NCBI GenBank assembly: GCA_964016885.1
Contig: OZ024763.1
Location: 9,610,001-9,674,000 of the forward strand
Direction of reading: 5' to 3'
DNA from: Eledone cirrhosa
Taxonomy: Eukaryota
DNA: 64,000 nt
Shown here: in pieces, positions 62,562 to 64,000 of the stretch
How the letters are laid out: each line of letters opens with the position of its first letter
Numbering within the stretch: position 1 is the first letter of the stretch
Position numbers and translations under genes: made by a program
Notes under the pieces: generated by a model
The model's input: only the letters and a program-made list of their open reading frames with translations
Database searches by the model: none
What the model was told of the DNA's origin: nothing

Positions 62562-62892
62562 AAGGCACATGGCTTAGTGGTTAGAGCATTGGCCTTGCAA
62601 TCAAAAGGTTGTGAGTTCAATTCTCAGACCGGGTGTTGTGTTGTTTCCTTGAGCAAGACACTTTATTTCACATTGCTCCAGTTTACTCAGCTGTAGAAAT
62701 GAGATGATAGGGACTGGGGTCCATATCTCTGCAAAGTGGTCGTGGAGGTGCCACGGCAAAAAGCACCCAGCACTCACTGTAAATGAGGTTGGTGTTAGGA
62801 AGGGCATCCAGCTGTAGAAATCAAGCCAGAATCAGTTACCGTCCCACCCTTACAAGCAGGGAAAAGCGGACGTAAAATGATGATGATGATGA
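62562..62892 (+). mobile_element. SINE family A, full length
   Basis: A/B boxes, CORE, RTE tail (GAT)n. Confidence 0.92.
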
Positions 62893-63683
62893 TATATCAT
62901 CAACGTCGTCGATTAGCGTTCATCATTCATGGGTAGGACGGATTGTCCCTTCTATAGCTCACCTGGGGCAGACTTTGGCCAGGTTTCTACAGCTGGATGC
63001 CCTTCCTACCACCAACCTCATTTACAGTGAGTGCTGGGCACCAAGGTCATGTCACCGACATGACCACATATATAGAGAGGTATGTTGGGAGGGAGGGAGA
63101 GAGGGAGGTATATATGTAGGTAGGTATATACCTGTCTGTACGAGTGATGAAAACATTCAAATCAATAGAATTATATACATGTTTTTGATCAACGTAAACT
63201 ACAAGTTAGAGCAGGTAAAAAATATTAACTGATATTTACCTGAACCTAACGAACTTGTAGGTGAATCTTGAGGCTTATCTTCTTTCTTCGATAAAAAAAT
63301 AAAAACTCTTTCACTCCTCATTCTTTATCATTATCGTTTTATTTCTCTCTCTCTTTCTCCCATTCACTCTTTCTCTCTCTCTCTTGTCCTCTCTCTCTCT
63401 CTCACTCTTTCCCTCTATTTCTCTCTCTCCACAGACACTCATATTCGTATATAGCTTTCAACAGCCAGCCTCATATACATGTACAACACACATCCACAAT
63501 TTGCTTTTTTTTCTTAGAAAGTCCCGAACAATAAGTGAAGCCACTTAATGTAAGGGACTACGAAGAAGGAGAAATTAAGACGAATGGAATGTATTTATTT
63601 TAGACTTGAAAGAGTTCAGGTCATAAGATAGAAGAGAGTTTTAAAATCTAGCAGTTGAGGGTAAAAATCTACGTGACTACCTT

Positions 63684-63895
63684 CATCATCATCATCATCA
63701 TCATCGTTTAACGTCTATCTTCCATGCTAGCATGGGTTTAGATGGGAATTGTCCCACTTGAGGCAAGATTGGTCATCTTGCTCGTATGGGACTGTCTAGC
63801 AGGTTTTCTATGGCTGGATGCCCTTCCTAACACCAACCACGTTTACAGTGTGGACTGGGAGGTTTTTACCGTGTTACCTACACGGCCACATTACA
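63684..63895 (-). mobile_element. RTE-3'UTR-type retroposon 3' end
   Basis: Close match to 13562-13755. Confidence 0.85.
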
Positions 63896-64000
63896 TATAC
63901 CTTATATGTTAAAACCACAACAACGCTTGGATGAAGACATTATGAGTTCCGAGTTAGGCAAGATGGCGCAAGGGGATTTGGAACTAAAAGAGAAAATTCA

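Overview
AT-rich, microsatellite-dense eukaryotic DNA. The repeat repertoire (tRNA-CORE SINEs with RTE tails, RTE, Dong/R4, CRE-like and Naiad-type Penelope elements sitting in (TA)n) suggests an octopus or related coleoid cephalopod; this is inference. One credible host exon is visible: a 3.7-kb minus-strand first coding exon (41060-37395) for an unidentified acidic, repeat-rich protein, ending in an AAG|GTAAGC donor. Most of the rest is transposon-derived or tandemly repeated. This includes a head-to-head pair of ~2-kb RTE copies whose RT carries an in-frame PHD finger, a nested Dong/R4 stack, a CRE-like LINE with a 73-bp minisatellite, a Naiad PLE, hAT and mariner relics, non-autonomous Helitrons, about 25 SINE copies and several minisatellites (including a 3.5-kb 21-bp variant array). 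The most interesting signals are at RNA level and were folded by eye. They are two well-formed type I hammerhead ribozymes (one with a branched stem II) plus two degenerate ones, one convincing and one partial HDV-like ribozyme, a U6-3'/LINE-tail chimera, a perfect fold-back at an RTE truncation point, and a ~550-bp duplicated block with a 100%-identical core around a splice-site-flanked ATG microexon. Repeat boundaries are approximate.
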